Assembly (NCBI RefSeq): GCF_035594765.1
Contig: NC_085842.1
Coordinates: 205,913,747 to 205,977,746 of the forward strand
Direction: 5' to 3'
From: Anolis carolinensis
Taxonomy: Eukaryota
Length of the DNA: 64,000 nucleotides
Shown here: positions 26,043 to 36,519 of the stretch, piece by piece
How positions within the stretch are numbered: the first letter of the stretch is position 1
Layout of the letters: every line of letters starts with the position of its first letter
The notes under the pieces: generated by a model
What the model was told of the DNA's origin: nothing
The model's database searches: none
Seen by the model: the letters and a program-made list of their open reading frames with translations, nothing else
Translations under genes and position numbers: made by a program

Positions 26043-26190
26043 GGCCCCCTCTACACTGCCATTCAAAATCCAGAATATCTGCTTTGAACAGGATTATTTG
26101 GCAGTATAGACTCATATAATCCAGTTCAAAGCAAATAATGTGGATTATCTGCTTTGATAATCTGGATTATATGGCAGTGTAGAAGAAGCC
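26043..26190. mobile_element. Harbinger-like palindromic MITE
   Basis: GGCCCCCTCTACACTGCCAT...ATGGCAGTGTAGAAGAAGCC inverted ends. Confidence 0.75.
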
Positions 26191-27320
26191 TATGACATCC
26201 TGACCACAAAGCCCCTATGAGCAAAGTCTTGTAAATGGATTCATCCCTGAAATAAAACGATGTCATGCAATAGAACTAAATTTGTTTCCATAGTGGCCAC
26301 AACCTACTCTCAGCAAGGAGGATCTACATTGTACCAAATGAACAAAATCAACAAATGTGACAAGGATCAAAAGAGAGAGAAACAAAGATGACATTTCTGG
26401 GAAAGAATGCTAAGCAACCTTTATTGCCAGCTTCATCCAAGCGACCTCTTGCTTCAAATCAGCATTGTTTGTTTAAACCCACAGGCGACTGCTGGTTCAG
26501 TGCAAATCTAATGTAACTTTTCCAAGCGCTCATGGAAACTTCCCCGCAAAGGTCAGTGCCTCTTTGTCTCAGAGAAGCCTTTAAACAGGAGGGACTGGCG
26601 CTGGGCTGAAAGCCGCTTTCAGCAGGGGATGAATGGCATATTGACCTCCCCGATGCAAAGGTGAGTAGAGTTCATGTCTGGGCTTTGGCAAACCGAGACC
26701 CAGCTAACCTTTACATAATGCAATCTATTGCTCAGCATTTAATTGAATGTTTGGGGTGTTTTGAAACTAGGTGCACATCCATTTGGACAAAGAAACAATA
26801 CAATTGATGCCATTATCAACAGCAATTTGAGATAAGAGGAGAAAAGAAGAGGCTAAGGTAATTCCTCGAAAGGTGTGCAGTAATACACTTAAATCCTGAC
26901 ACTTTTGATAAAAGCTAATTTATGAAGAGGCAAGGAGCAATCTGCTTGTACTGCCTGGCATGAGATTTTGTCAGTAATGTAATCTGCCTTTCACATACTG
27001 TTGCAGCTGGCTTTTGAATGGTAAATGTGTCCTCCAAACAGCTAGATTGTAAAAATAGACAACCTCTTTTGGAAAGATTCGGCACAATCCTAAACAAATT
27101 TGCTGGGACACAAACTAGGAAAAAAATACTTTTTTTGGACTACATTTTAAAAATTTAGCCAGTGTAAGATTTTATCATATTCAGGGAGTTATAATCTAAA
27201 AAGCATCTTTCCCTAGCTCTACCAGAATGTAATCTGTAATAAAACCAAATATTCCTGTCATCCCTGGGAGAACTCTAAATATCAGGCTTTGCAGGTTTTT
27301 GCAAAGCTATTGTGAATATT

Positions 27321-28990
27321 CAGAGACTGGACAAAAGCAAAATGAGTTTGAACAGGAAAAAATGCAAGATGCTCCTCTTAGGCAGAAAAAAATGAAATGC
27401 AAAGATACAGAATGGGGGTGCCTGGCTTAACAGCAGTACGTGTGAAAAAGATATTGGAGTCCTTGTGGACATCCAGTTAAAAATGAGCCAACAATGACAT
27501 GCAGCAGCAAAAAAAGCAAGCGGGAATTTGTCCTGCATAAATAGGAACATAATGTCTAGATCCAGGGAAGTCATGCTACTCCTCTATTCCGCCTTGGCCA
27601 GATCACACTTGGAATACTGTATCCAATTCTGGGCACCACAGTTGAAGGGAGATGTTGACAAGCTGGAATGTGTCCAGACGACGGCAACTAAAATGATCAA
27701 GGTTCATTTTGAGGAGCAGCTTAAAGAGTTGGGCATTTTAGCATGCAAAAGAGAAGGCTGAGAGGAGACATGATAGCCATATGTGAGGGGAAATCATAGG
27801 GACGAGGGAGCAAGCTTGTTTTCTGCTGCCTTGGAGACTAGAACAACAGCTTCACACTACAGGAAAGGAGATTCCACCTGAACATTACAAAGAACTTCCT
27901 CACTGTGAGAGCTGTTCACCAATGGAGCTCTCTGCCCCGGACACCACACTGGTGGAAGCTCCTTCTTTGGAGGCTTTTAAGCAGAGGCTGGATGGCCATC
28001 TGTCGAGGGTATTTTGAATGCAATTGTGATGTCCCAGAGTCCCTCAGGTCACAATCCTGTATTCATTGCGGACCTGAGCGACGAGGATATAGGGTTTATG
28101 CCGACTCAGCAAGAGTCCGTTCCCTTCCAGATGCTCCCTGTTGACAGTTCAAGCCCAAAGCTCATTAAAAAAGGCCTTGAGGCCGAGCCTGTTCCCAGCG
28201 GTTCCCCTCCCTTTGATAGGAGGGTGTTTTGGGAATCAAGTCACTCAGAGAAGGCTAACTTACGGAGGAGCGCGAGATTAGCAGCCAGAGAAGCTGCTGA
28301 CTAACCCGTTTCCCTTGAGAGTTTCCAGGGAGGCTTGCATCTGGCGAAGATGTTGTCTCTAGCCAGTTTTTCCCTTGGGAAAAGTGTTGGACACCTGTTT
28401 TGAAGGGAGATTTGAAGTCCCTTAAAAGTTCTGTGCGCTGGCTAGCCAGCGCAGTGTCAAAGTGTCAGTTGGAGGATTAACTTTGCTTCTAGTTCCTTGT
28501 GGCGTGCTACTCTCAAGTAGACCGGGCGATGCGCCTCGCCTTCTAGTCAAGTCTGGACCACATTTGGATCCACTATCTTCAGCCTTGCCTTGCCTTGTTT
28601 CCTTGCCTTGCCTTGAACTCCTTTGCCTTGGACTAGCCTCCTGAGACTCTTGCAAAAGACCTGGATTATTCCCCACTCAAACTGCTTGGAAGTTTGAGTG
28701 TGTTTCAGTTAATTGGATTATCATCTTTAAACTCTAATACTTGACATTGGATTTATAATACTGGACTATATTTGACCTTTCCCAGAAGGTCTATTGTTGG
28801 ACATATATTCTGCTTATTTTTGTTTTATTTCTTCAATTCTTTAATAAAGATATTAGATTGTTTATTGGCTCGGTGTCTGGTTTCCAGTGCTCACGCAGCC
28901 TAGAGTATCACAGTGATTTTCCTGCTTCTTGGCAGTGGGTTGGACTGGATGGCCCACAAGGACTCTTCCAACTCTATGATTCTATGATTC
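27321..28990 (+). mobile_element. CR1 LINE 3' portion split by a solo LTR
   Basis: CR1 ORF2 end (LYSALARSHLEYCIQFWAP). The 3' UTR resumes after the LTR and ends in (CTATGATT)n. Confidence 0.92.
28025..28912 (+). mobile_element. Solo LTR, 888 bp
   Basis: TGTGAT...ATCACA termini, 5-bp TSD GCAAT/GTGAT (each one CpG transition away from GCGAT), and AATAAA at 28843. Confidence 0.88.
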
Positions 28991-29055
28991 AGTCACCGGA
29001 AAACACATCACATAAAGACCCCAGAAAGGACCTTTTCTGGAACATCATGACATAG

Positions 29056-29201
29056 GCCCCTTCCACACAGATGAATAAAATCCTACATTATTTGCTTTGA
29101 ACTTGGATATATGACAGTGTGGACTCAGATAACCCAGTTCAAAGCAGATACTGCGGGTTATTCTGCCTTAATATTCTGGGTTATATGGCTGTGTGGAAGG
29201 G
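29056..29201. mobile_element. Harbinger-like palindromic MITE
   Basis: CCCTTCCACACAG...CTGTGTGGAAGGG inverted ends. Confidence 0.75.
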
Positions 29202-29603
29202 AGCATAGTTTACTACACTCTATTGCAGATTCTGTGGCAGCAATTTTATGTAATACAACTAGGTATTTCACATTAGCAACCTGTTCCAGTCCAATTCCAT
29301 TTTATCTTTCAGACAATGAAATACTGACAGTAGCTATTAGGTATGAGTTTTAACTTCCCCCTGCACCTTTTAAGTATTTTTTTTGTTAATTTTTGAATGC
29401 TGTCTATATATATTTTGAATGCTCAATGTTGACAGCTGCTGTACACAGCTGCCAGACACTGGTATTTTGGCATCTTCTGCTGTCAAAAGCAAATAAAGAA
29501 CAGTGTGCATATACATGTCCAAACAGCAGGTGGTGTGGTGGCAGAAAAGGCCAATTGACTTCAGGTACACATTGCACCATTGCTCAAACTTAGTCTCTTT
29601 TTT

Positions 29604-31038
29604 GGGAGGTTTAAAATGAGTTTATTTTTCTTTATTTTAGACAGCCTACATGACAAGCTTTTAAAAACCAGTGCCTCTGCTCCAAATATTTCAGGGTCAA
29701 AATAAATCAAATTAAGCTCAAGACAGCATCAGTCCAGTTTTTAGACATCACTGAGTCATGATGTTTTGTTGATGAATATAGAGCAGCAGCCAATTATGAT
29801 GAGGATGGGTGATCCTGAAGAGCTGATCTTTTGTTAACATTTCTCCATCTCTAATCCATGGTTAAAGAAAATCATAGATGGGGTCACGCCTTCCTCACGG
29901 AAATCCAACAAGGCCACCATGCCATCTGGATTCATGTTCTCGCCTACAAAAAACTGGTAATTTTTGAAGTTGGCAATGATATATTTGACTTGTTCAGCTG
30001 CCTCTGTCATGAACAGCTTTATTTGCTCTGGCTTTGTTTCCTTAAGTCTGGTTTTGATTGCTTTCATGTAGTCCTTGATGTACTTCTTGTAAGACTCTTT
30101 AGTGAAACTTGTCTCCTGGAGGTGATGGTTCATGACAGTGTCAATGCCAGTGATAACTGTGGCTTCTGCCCTTTCACATTCTAGACCAGGCATGGGCAAA
30201 CTTTTTTTACCTTGGGGCTATATTGTGGGCCTAGCTGGGTAGGCCGGACCAGGAGACAGGGTGGCTGTCTCTGTGCTGAGTGGGGTAGGCCTGTAAGGGG
30301 TAAGCCCCAGGAGGGGGCAGGGCAGGGCCTAGATCATCATCAGTTTGCCCTCCCAGCATAACAACGGGGTTGCTTTTCCCATCCTTATGCCAGGAGGAAG
30401 GCAGGATATACAGTGACTGCCCCAATCCTCCTCCCCTGATCTTCAGGCTGTCCTCTTCACATTATGCTGGGAGGAGGGCAAGGCACGTGGTGGCTGAGAG
30501 TGCTCTGGGGGGCTCTCAGCTACCTCGTGCCTTCCTTGAGCTGTCCTCCCAGCATAAGGATGGGGCTCTCACACCATCCTTATGTCGTGAGGAGGGTGAG
30601 ACACGTGGTGGCTGGGCGTGCTCTAGCGGCACAGGGGAGACGTGTCTGCCTCTCCTGTCCTGCTGTGTCCTTATGCCAAGAGGACAGGGAAAATTAGGAG
30701 GGCCTGAGATAAGTGCCCAGGGAGCTGCATCTGGCCCCTGGGCCTTAGTTTGTTCATGCCTGTCCTAGACCTTCAGAAGACGCTTTTCCATCAATTAAGG
30801 CATCATCTATTTTGCCTTCTTTCCTGCTCACCATCTTTCCCTCCAATTCCAGGCAGAGTCCGTTGGCCACTTCTTTAATCTTTTAGATGTTTGAGAACAT
30901 CTCATCTTCACTGATACAGCCGTGGTAGATAATCATGGCTGATGCATCAGGCAAATTTGGGCCAAGGTGGCAGGTGGTCTGTGACAGAGGAGCGGCTCGG
31001 CAGCGGCCCCCATCGCCAACAAGGAGAAAGGCGGAAAT
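29604..31038 (-). pseudogene. TPT1: Processed pseudogene of translationally controlled tumour protein (TCTP)
   Basis: Intronless. ATG at 30936 reads [37 protein letters not shown], then after the hAT insertion [33 protein letters not shown]...[22 protein letters not shown]...GLEMEKC* (stop at 29834). TPT1-like 3' UTR with AATAAA, pyrimidine-rich 5' end, and a roughly 19-bp degenerate TSD. Confidence 0.96.
30187..30762. mobile_element. hAT/Charlie MITE inserted into the TPT1 pseudogene
   Basis: TIRs CAGGCATGGGCAAACT...AGTTTGTTCATGCCTG and TSD TTCTAGAC/TCCTAGAC (30179-30186, 30763-30770), matching the NTCTAGAN Charlie target. Confidence 0.9.
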
Positions 31039-31488
31039 TCAGACATGGTCTCTTTTTGAGGAATTCCACTCTAGGCCAGCTTCCCTCACCAGATTGAGAG
31101 CTTAACCCATGTCTTGGTCTGTAACAGAGTCTTAGTTCTGGTTCAGGGGTTCCATTACAGGATTTGAACTGCAATCTGTGACCACATGGTTGCTAAGTAC
31201 ATGGGTGTAAAGCTTCACCACATCTATGTAGAGCATAACCAGGTAGGTAGGCTTTGTGTTTTCTCTTCTGAACCACCTACATGGTTCCTCTCTTGCAGTC
31301 AATAACAGGTAGTTGATACATCTTCCGCAATGAATATAAGGTCTTTTTCTCCTTAATTGAAGGATTGGAAGATCTTATACAGCCAGTCCTCCACATTTTC
31401 AGGTTTATATTTTGCAGTTTTGATTATTTGCAGATTTGATAAATATGTTCTCTTTAGGGATTTCCTGATTATCCAAGTACGTCTATAG

Positions 31489-31623
31489 CAGTGTTTCTCA
31501 ACCTGTGGGTCACCAGATGTTTTAGTCTTCAACTCCCAAAAATCCTAACAGCTGGTAAACTAGCTGGGATTTCTGGGAGCTGTAAGCCAAAACACCTAGG
31601 GATCCACAGGTTGAAAAAAACTG
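31489..31623. mobile_element. SPIN/URR1-like hAT MITE nested in a Tigger-like MITE (31379-31885)
   Basis: Same family as 21716-21850 and 47018-47151, in the opposite orientation. Confidence 0.8.
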
Positions 31624-32739
31624 CTCTGTTGCCAACATCGTCCAAAAGCTAACCATAGTCACTCTGGAGGACTCAGGCGTTCCTAGGAAACTGCTTTCTT
31701 GAAGACTTCCAGCACCATTATATGGTCACCTTCTGACATAAGTTGACTATAGAGTTTCCCCAGAGAAACTAGATGTTCCTAGAGAAGTTTTCTCTCCAGT
31801 TAAAAAAAGTTTATTTTCTATTCATTTTTCCCCAGTTCACAGGGGTCCTCAGCCCCAGTGCCTTCAAAAGTAGATAGTCTACTGCACAAGGAAACAATGA
31901 AGCCTCTGCACAATTCGATCAAATAAATGAGCAACTAACAACAAGGTGAACTCATTTTATTATATCTGCAGTTGGCTCTCAGACAGAGAATTAAACCTGA
32001 ATGAGCTCTTTCTCAACAGATTTTCAGAAGCTCCCAACTCTCTTGGCATGCTGAAAAATCACTCTAATAAGTTTGTCCAATTTTATATTGGAAATGCTGC
32101 TGAGAAAGTGAATCTTCTGGATAACAAACTAAACCAAAACAGTTAAATGCCTGCTAGCTTAACCAGGAGTTAATTAATGAAGGATGGAAATCCAATCCCT
32201 GACAGATGAATTTGTTTATTTTCAATTTTGGAATAGAATTAGAAAGGCAATAGCAAATCAACCTAGCTTAGCAACCAATTCATTGCATTGATTATTGTAT
32301 TCCAGTTCCTGAATATTCACATAGCATTTCCAAGGATAGGAACATCCACTATAGTAGAGATGGTAAGTTGGGGTCTGTTACATCAGAAAATGTTTCTATC
32401 TCTTAATGACATAACTTTAGCAATATCAAAAGACTCATCTCGACACATACAGAAGAATCCTCCCCATACATATACCTCTTTTTTTTTTTTTTTTTAAATG
32501 ATCTTTATTAAAGAATTTCCAGATAACACTTATCGTCTAAGGGAAAAGGTGGGTGGAGAGGTAGGTTATGGGACAGGGAATTAAGGGAGGGGAGGGGAAG
32601 GGGTGGGTAGTGCGTGGGGAGACCAGACCTGTGGGGAGGGAAAGGGAAAATAATAGGTAAAGGGCCCTTAGAGTGGGGTGGGGAAGGGGAGGGGGATGGA
32701 CCTCCGCTCTACTATCTTCTGTTAGTCTTCCTGTTTGAT

Positions 32740-35700
32740 TCATCTTCTTAGCTCTTCTTCTACATAGTCTTCAAATAGTGTCCAGTCCGTTTCTTTCATT
32801 ATTCCTCCTGTATTTTTTTTAATCAAAAAAGTTAACTTGTCCATGTTCTTAATATCCATGACTTTGTTTAGCCACATCTCTCTCGTAGGGGTTTCTGCAT
32901 TCTTCCAATCTTTGGCAATTACCAGTCTCGCAGCCGTTATTAAATAAGTATAAATTTTATCTAAATTCTCCTTGTTTTTCGCTTCTACTTTATTCTCATT
33001 TTCGAAGATATTGTATAGCCCTAATAAATAGTATTCGGGTTTGCATTCCAAATTTATTTTCAGAATTTTCCTACTTTCCACGTTAATTATAGACCAGAAC
33101 TTTTTAACTTTTTTACAGCTCCACCACATGTGGAAGTAAGACCCCACCTGCTCTTTACACCTCCAACATTTGTTATCAATATTGTTATACATTAAGGCAA
33201 TTTTTTTAGGTGTCAGGTACCACCTATGAATGATTTTAATCCAGTTTTCCTTGAGGTCAGTGGCCCGGCAGTATTTGATTTTCTTATTCCAAATCGCCTC
33301 CCATTCATTTAGTAGAATTGGCCTGTTTATATCTCTTGACCATTTTAGCATTGATTCCTTTATTACTTCCTTTTCCGTGTTCCACTCCACTAATTTATTG
33401 TATAAAATAGTTAATACCTTTTTCTCTCTTTGTAAAATAATATCCCAAAACTCATCAGATGGACTAAAACCTTGTTTTTTATCAGCCCTAAAACAATCTC
33501 TTAATTGGTAATAGTGTAGCCATGATATATTCTTATATTTGATTTGAATTTCTTCTAACTTCTTTATCTCTGGTAATCCATTCCTGTTTGACCAGTTTAA
33601 CACCTCCTTATACGTTGGCCAGGATATCCACCCTAATTCTCGTCTCTGATATGCTTCTAACGGCGAGAGCCACAGCGGAGTCTTTTCATAGAAAAATCTT
33701 TTATACTTAGTCCAAGTTTTTAGTAGCGCCGATCTCACAAAATGATTACCAAAATTCCTTTCAATTTTATGTTTACCATACCATAAATACCCATGCCAGC
33801 CCCTTCTTAAATTATAGCCTTCTAATGATAAAATTTTCGCTTTTTTTAAGTTCGCCCAATCTCTAATCCAATCTAAAGCACAGGCCTCGTGGTATAATTT
33901 GAGGTCTGGCAAATCAAGTCCCCCTCTTTCTTTGGGAGTTAGCATCGTCGAGAGCTTGATCCTGGGTCTTTTATTGTTCCACACAAATTTTCTTATGTCT
34001 TTATTCCAATTATTGAATATTTGATTGTTCCTTATTATGGGAATGTTCCTGAATATGTACAGCATCTTTGGAAGGACTGACATTTTTACTGTCGCTATTC
34101 TGCCTAACAGAGATATTTTTAAATTTTTCCATTCCTCCAGATCTTTTTTTATTTCTTTCCATTTCCTCACGTAATTAAGTTCCAGCAAGCGATTATTTTT
34201 TGACGCAATCCAGATGCCTAAATATTTAATTTTGTTTGCAAATTGGAGTCCCGTTTCTTTCTTTATTATTTCCAAGTCCTGTGATGTCAGATTCTTTGTC
34301 AACATTACTGATTTGTCTTTATTAATTTTGAACCCTGCCAATTTTCCAAATTCTTCAATTTTATTTAGCCAAATTCTTGTATTATCCCTAGGGTTTTCTA
34401 TTATGCAGATTACATCATCCGCGAATGCTCTGGCTTTTATTTCCTGACTATCTACTTTAATTCCTACTAACTTGCTATCTTCCCTTATGGAACGCAATAA
34501 AATTTCTAGGGTCATTATGAAAATCAACGGCGAGAGTGGACAGCCCTGTCTAGCTCCTCTATTAATATTGAATTTTCCCGACGTCTGACCGTTTACTCTA
34601 ATGATAGCTTCTTGCTGGGTATATATAGCATTTATAGTATTTTGAAACTGTGCCCCCATATCTAATTCTCGTAATAGCAATTTTATGAAATCCCAATTCA
34701 ACTGGTCAAAAGCTTTCTCAGCATCTAGTGCGAGAAAGCCTACTGTCTTTTGGTGATTATACTCGTAATATTCAATTGCGTCAATTATTATCCTGATGTT
34801 ATCTTTTGTGCTGCGGTTTGGTAAGAAGCCTGACTGGTCGTCTGCGATCCAATTGTTTAAAAATTTTGATAATCTTTTTGCCATAATTTTAGTAAAGAGT
34901 TTGTAATCCGTATTTAGCAGCGCTATTGGTCGATAATTTTTAACATCACTTTGATCTTTCCCTTCCTTATGGATCATTATTATCTCCGCTTCACTCCACG
35001 TTTTTGGGATAATACTTTCTGTTAAGACCAAATTCATTATTTGCACCAAATGTGCAATAACCTCCTCCTGTTCAATTTTGTAAAACCCAGCTATAAACCC
35101 GTCTAATCCGGGCGCTTTGTTTGCTTCTGTTTCTTTTATCGCTTCTTTCACTTCTTCGGGTGTTATTGCTTTATTTAAGTCTAATCGTTGCTCATCTGTT
35201 ATCTTTTGCAATTTTTGCTTACATAGATATTTTACTATTTCCTCCTGGCTGATCCCTTCCTTTTCGTACAGTTGCTCATAATACTTTTTAAATTCTTCCT
35301 TTATTTCCTCATCAGTATACACTGTTCTCCCTTGCGAATTAATTTTTAGTACTTGTTGACTATACCTTTTCTTCCTTAATAATCTAGCAAGCCACTTTCC
35401 AGGCTTGTTAGCGTTTTCAAATGAATATTGCTTTGCCCACTTTATCTGGTTTGCTAAGTTATCTAATTCGAGGTTTTTTTTCTGGTTCCTAAAAATGGTC
35501 AACTGCTGGTTTATTTTATTGTTACCCGGATTCGCTTTAAGTGCTTTTTCCTTTTGCTCTATTTGAATTTGTAATCTTTTTAAATTCTCCTTTTTCGTTC
35601 TCGTTTTCAACTTCTTTTGCTGAATAAAGAACCCTCTGGCCACTGCCTTGTATGCGTCCCATATAATTAGTGGGTCAGACTCTTGAATATTATTAAATTT

Positions 35701-36519
35701 AAAATATTCTTTCGTCATTTGCCTAATTTTAACGATGTCCTCTTCTCTTTTAATTAAATTATCGTCTAATCTCCATTTCAAATTTATTTTTTTCTTATTG
35801 ATTTCCATTAACATAGCACCGTGATCAGATAAATCTCTAGCCATAATTTCTACCTTATTTATTTTAGTGGTTAACAATTTAGACACCCAAATCATGTCGA
35901 TTCTTGACCACGAGTTGTGACGACTTGAATAGAATGTATAATCTAATTGGGTGGGGTTTCTCAATCTCCATGAATCGTGGAGGTCGTATTCATTCTTTAG
36001 ATCTATAAAATTCTGTGGTAACATGTTGTTTGTTATGGTCTTTTTATATGCTTTTTTATCTCTGTTTTTTTCCAATATACCATTGAAATCCCCCATTATA
36101 ATAATGTGATTAAAATCACTCTCCCTAATATGGTTTCTTAAATTTTTGACAAACTTTCTTTTTGGCCCGTTAGGTGCATAAATATTACAAATTAAAATTG
36201 TTTCTGAATTTGATTCAATTTTCGCTGCTACTATTCTACCCTCATTATCTTTAAATTCTAAAGATGGATTTAATTTATTGTTAATATACAGGGCCACTCC
36301 TTTTTTCTTCTTCTCCCGGTCTAGAGAGTGGTATAACTTTCCCAGGTTGTCCTTAAACAAATATTTGGCCTGGCTTTGTTTGATGTGCACTTCTTGTAAA
36401 GCAATTACATCAAAGTTATTCTTTTTTAGATAATTATATACCCTTTTTCTCTTTGTGGGCGCATTCAGACCGTTGATGTTGTTTGAGAAAACCTTTATTG
36501 ATTGGTTAAAATCATTCAT
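32740..36519 (-). CDS. L1 ORF2p: APE endonuclease, reverse transcriptase and C-terminal CCHC, 1259 aa
   Basis: EN motifs NINGL, LQE, NIYAPN, GDFN, SRID and SDH. RT motifs YRPIALLN, LDAEKAFD, RQGCPLSP, FADD and KYLG. CWRC...HMWWSC knuckle. No stops or frameshifts. Confidence 0.97.
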   Translation of the reverse strand: MNDFNQSIKVFSNNINGLNAPTKRKRVYNYLKKNNFDVIALQEVHIKQSQAKYLFKDNLGKLYHSLDREKKKKGVALYINNKLNPSLEFKDNEGRIVAAKIESNSETILICNIYAPNGPKRKFVKNLRNHIRESDFNHIIIMGDFNGILEKNRDKKAYKKTITNNMLPQNFIDLKNEYDLHDSWRLRNPTQLDYTFYSSRHNSWSRIDMIWVSKLLTTKINKVEIMARDLSDHGAMLMEINKKKINLKWRLDDNLIKREEDIVKIRQMTKEYFKFNNIQESDPLIIWDAYKAVARGFFIQQKKLKTRTKKENLKRLQIQIEQKEKALKANPGNNKINQQLTIFRNQKKNLELDNLANQIKWAKQYSFENANKPGKWLARLLRKKRYSQQVLKINSQGRTVYTDEEIKEEFKKYYEQLYEKEGISQEEIVKYLCKQKLQKITDEQRLDLNKAITPEEVKEAIKETEANKAPGLDGFIAGFYKIEQEEVIAHLVQIMNLVLTESIIPKTWSEAEIIMIHKEGKDQSDVKNYRPIALLNTDYKLFTKIMAKRLSKFLNNWIADDQSGFLPNRSTKDNIRIIIDAIEYYEYNHQKTVGFLALDAEKAFDQLNWDFIKLLLRELDMGAQFQNTINAIYTQQEAIIRVNGQTSGKFNINRGARQGCPLSPLIFIMTLEILLRSIREDSKLVGIKVDSQEIKARAFADDVICIIENPRDNTRIWLNKIEEFGKLAGFKINKDKSVMLTKNLTSQDLEIIKKETGLQFANKIKYLGIWIASKNNRLLELNYVRKWKEIKKDLEEWKNLKISLLGRIATVKMSVLPKMLYIFRNIPIIRNNQIFNNWNKDIRKFVWNNKRPRIKLSTMLTPKERGGLDLPDLKLYHEACALDWIRDWANLKKAKILSLEGYNLRRGWHGYLWYGKHKIERNFGNHFVRSALLKTWTKYKRFFYEKTPLWLSPLEAYQRRELGWISWPTYKEVLNWSNRNGLPEIKKLEEIQIKYKNISWLHYYQLRDCFRADKKQGFSPSDEFWDIILQREKKVLTILYNKLVEWNTEKEVIKESMLKWSRDINRPILLNEWEAIWNKKIKYCRATDLKENWIKIIHRWYLTPKKIALMYNNIDNKCWRCKEQVGSYFHMWWSCKKVKKFWSIINVESRKILKINLECKPEYYLLGLYNIFENENKVEAKNKENLDKIYTYLITAARLVIAKDWKNAETPTREMWLNKVMDIKNMDKLTFLIKKNTGGIMKETDWTLFEDYVEEELRR

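Noticed and set aside
29834-30936. Functional TPT1 gene
   Set aside because: No introns, premature TAA at codon 18, a 576-bp hAT insertion in the CDS, and flanking TSDs.
29604-32480. TPT1 copy as a 3' transduction of the adjacent L1
   Set aside because: Each has its own TSD. The L1 TSD closes right after its poly(A), and the pseudogene is much more decayed, so they are independent insertions.
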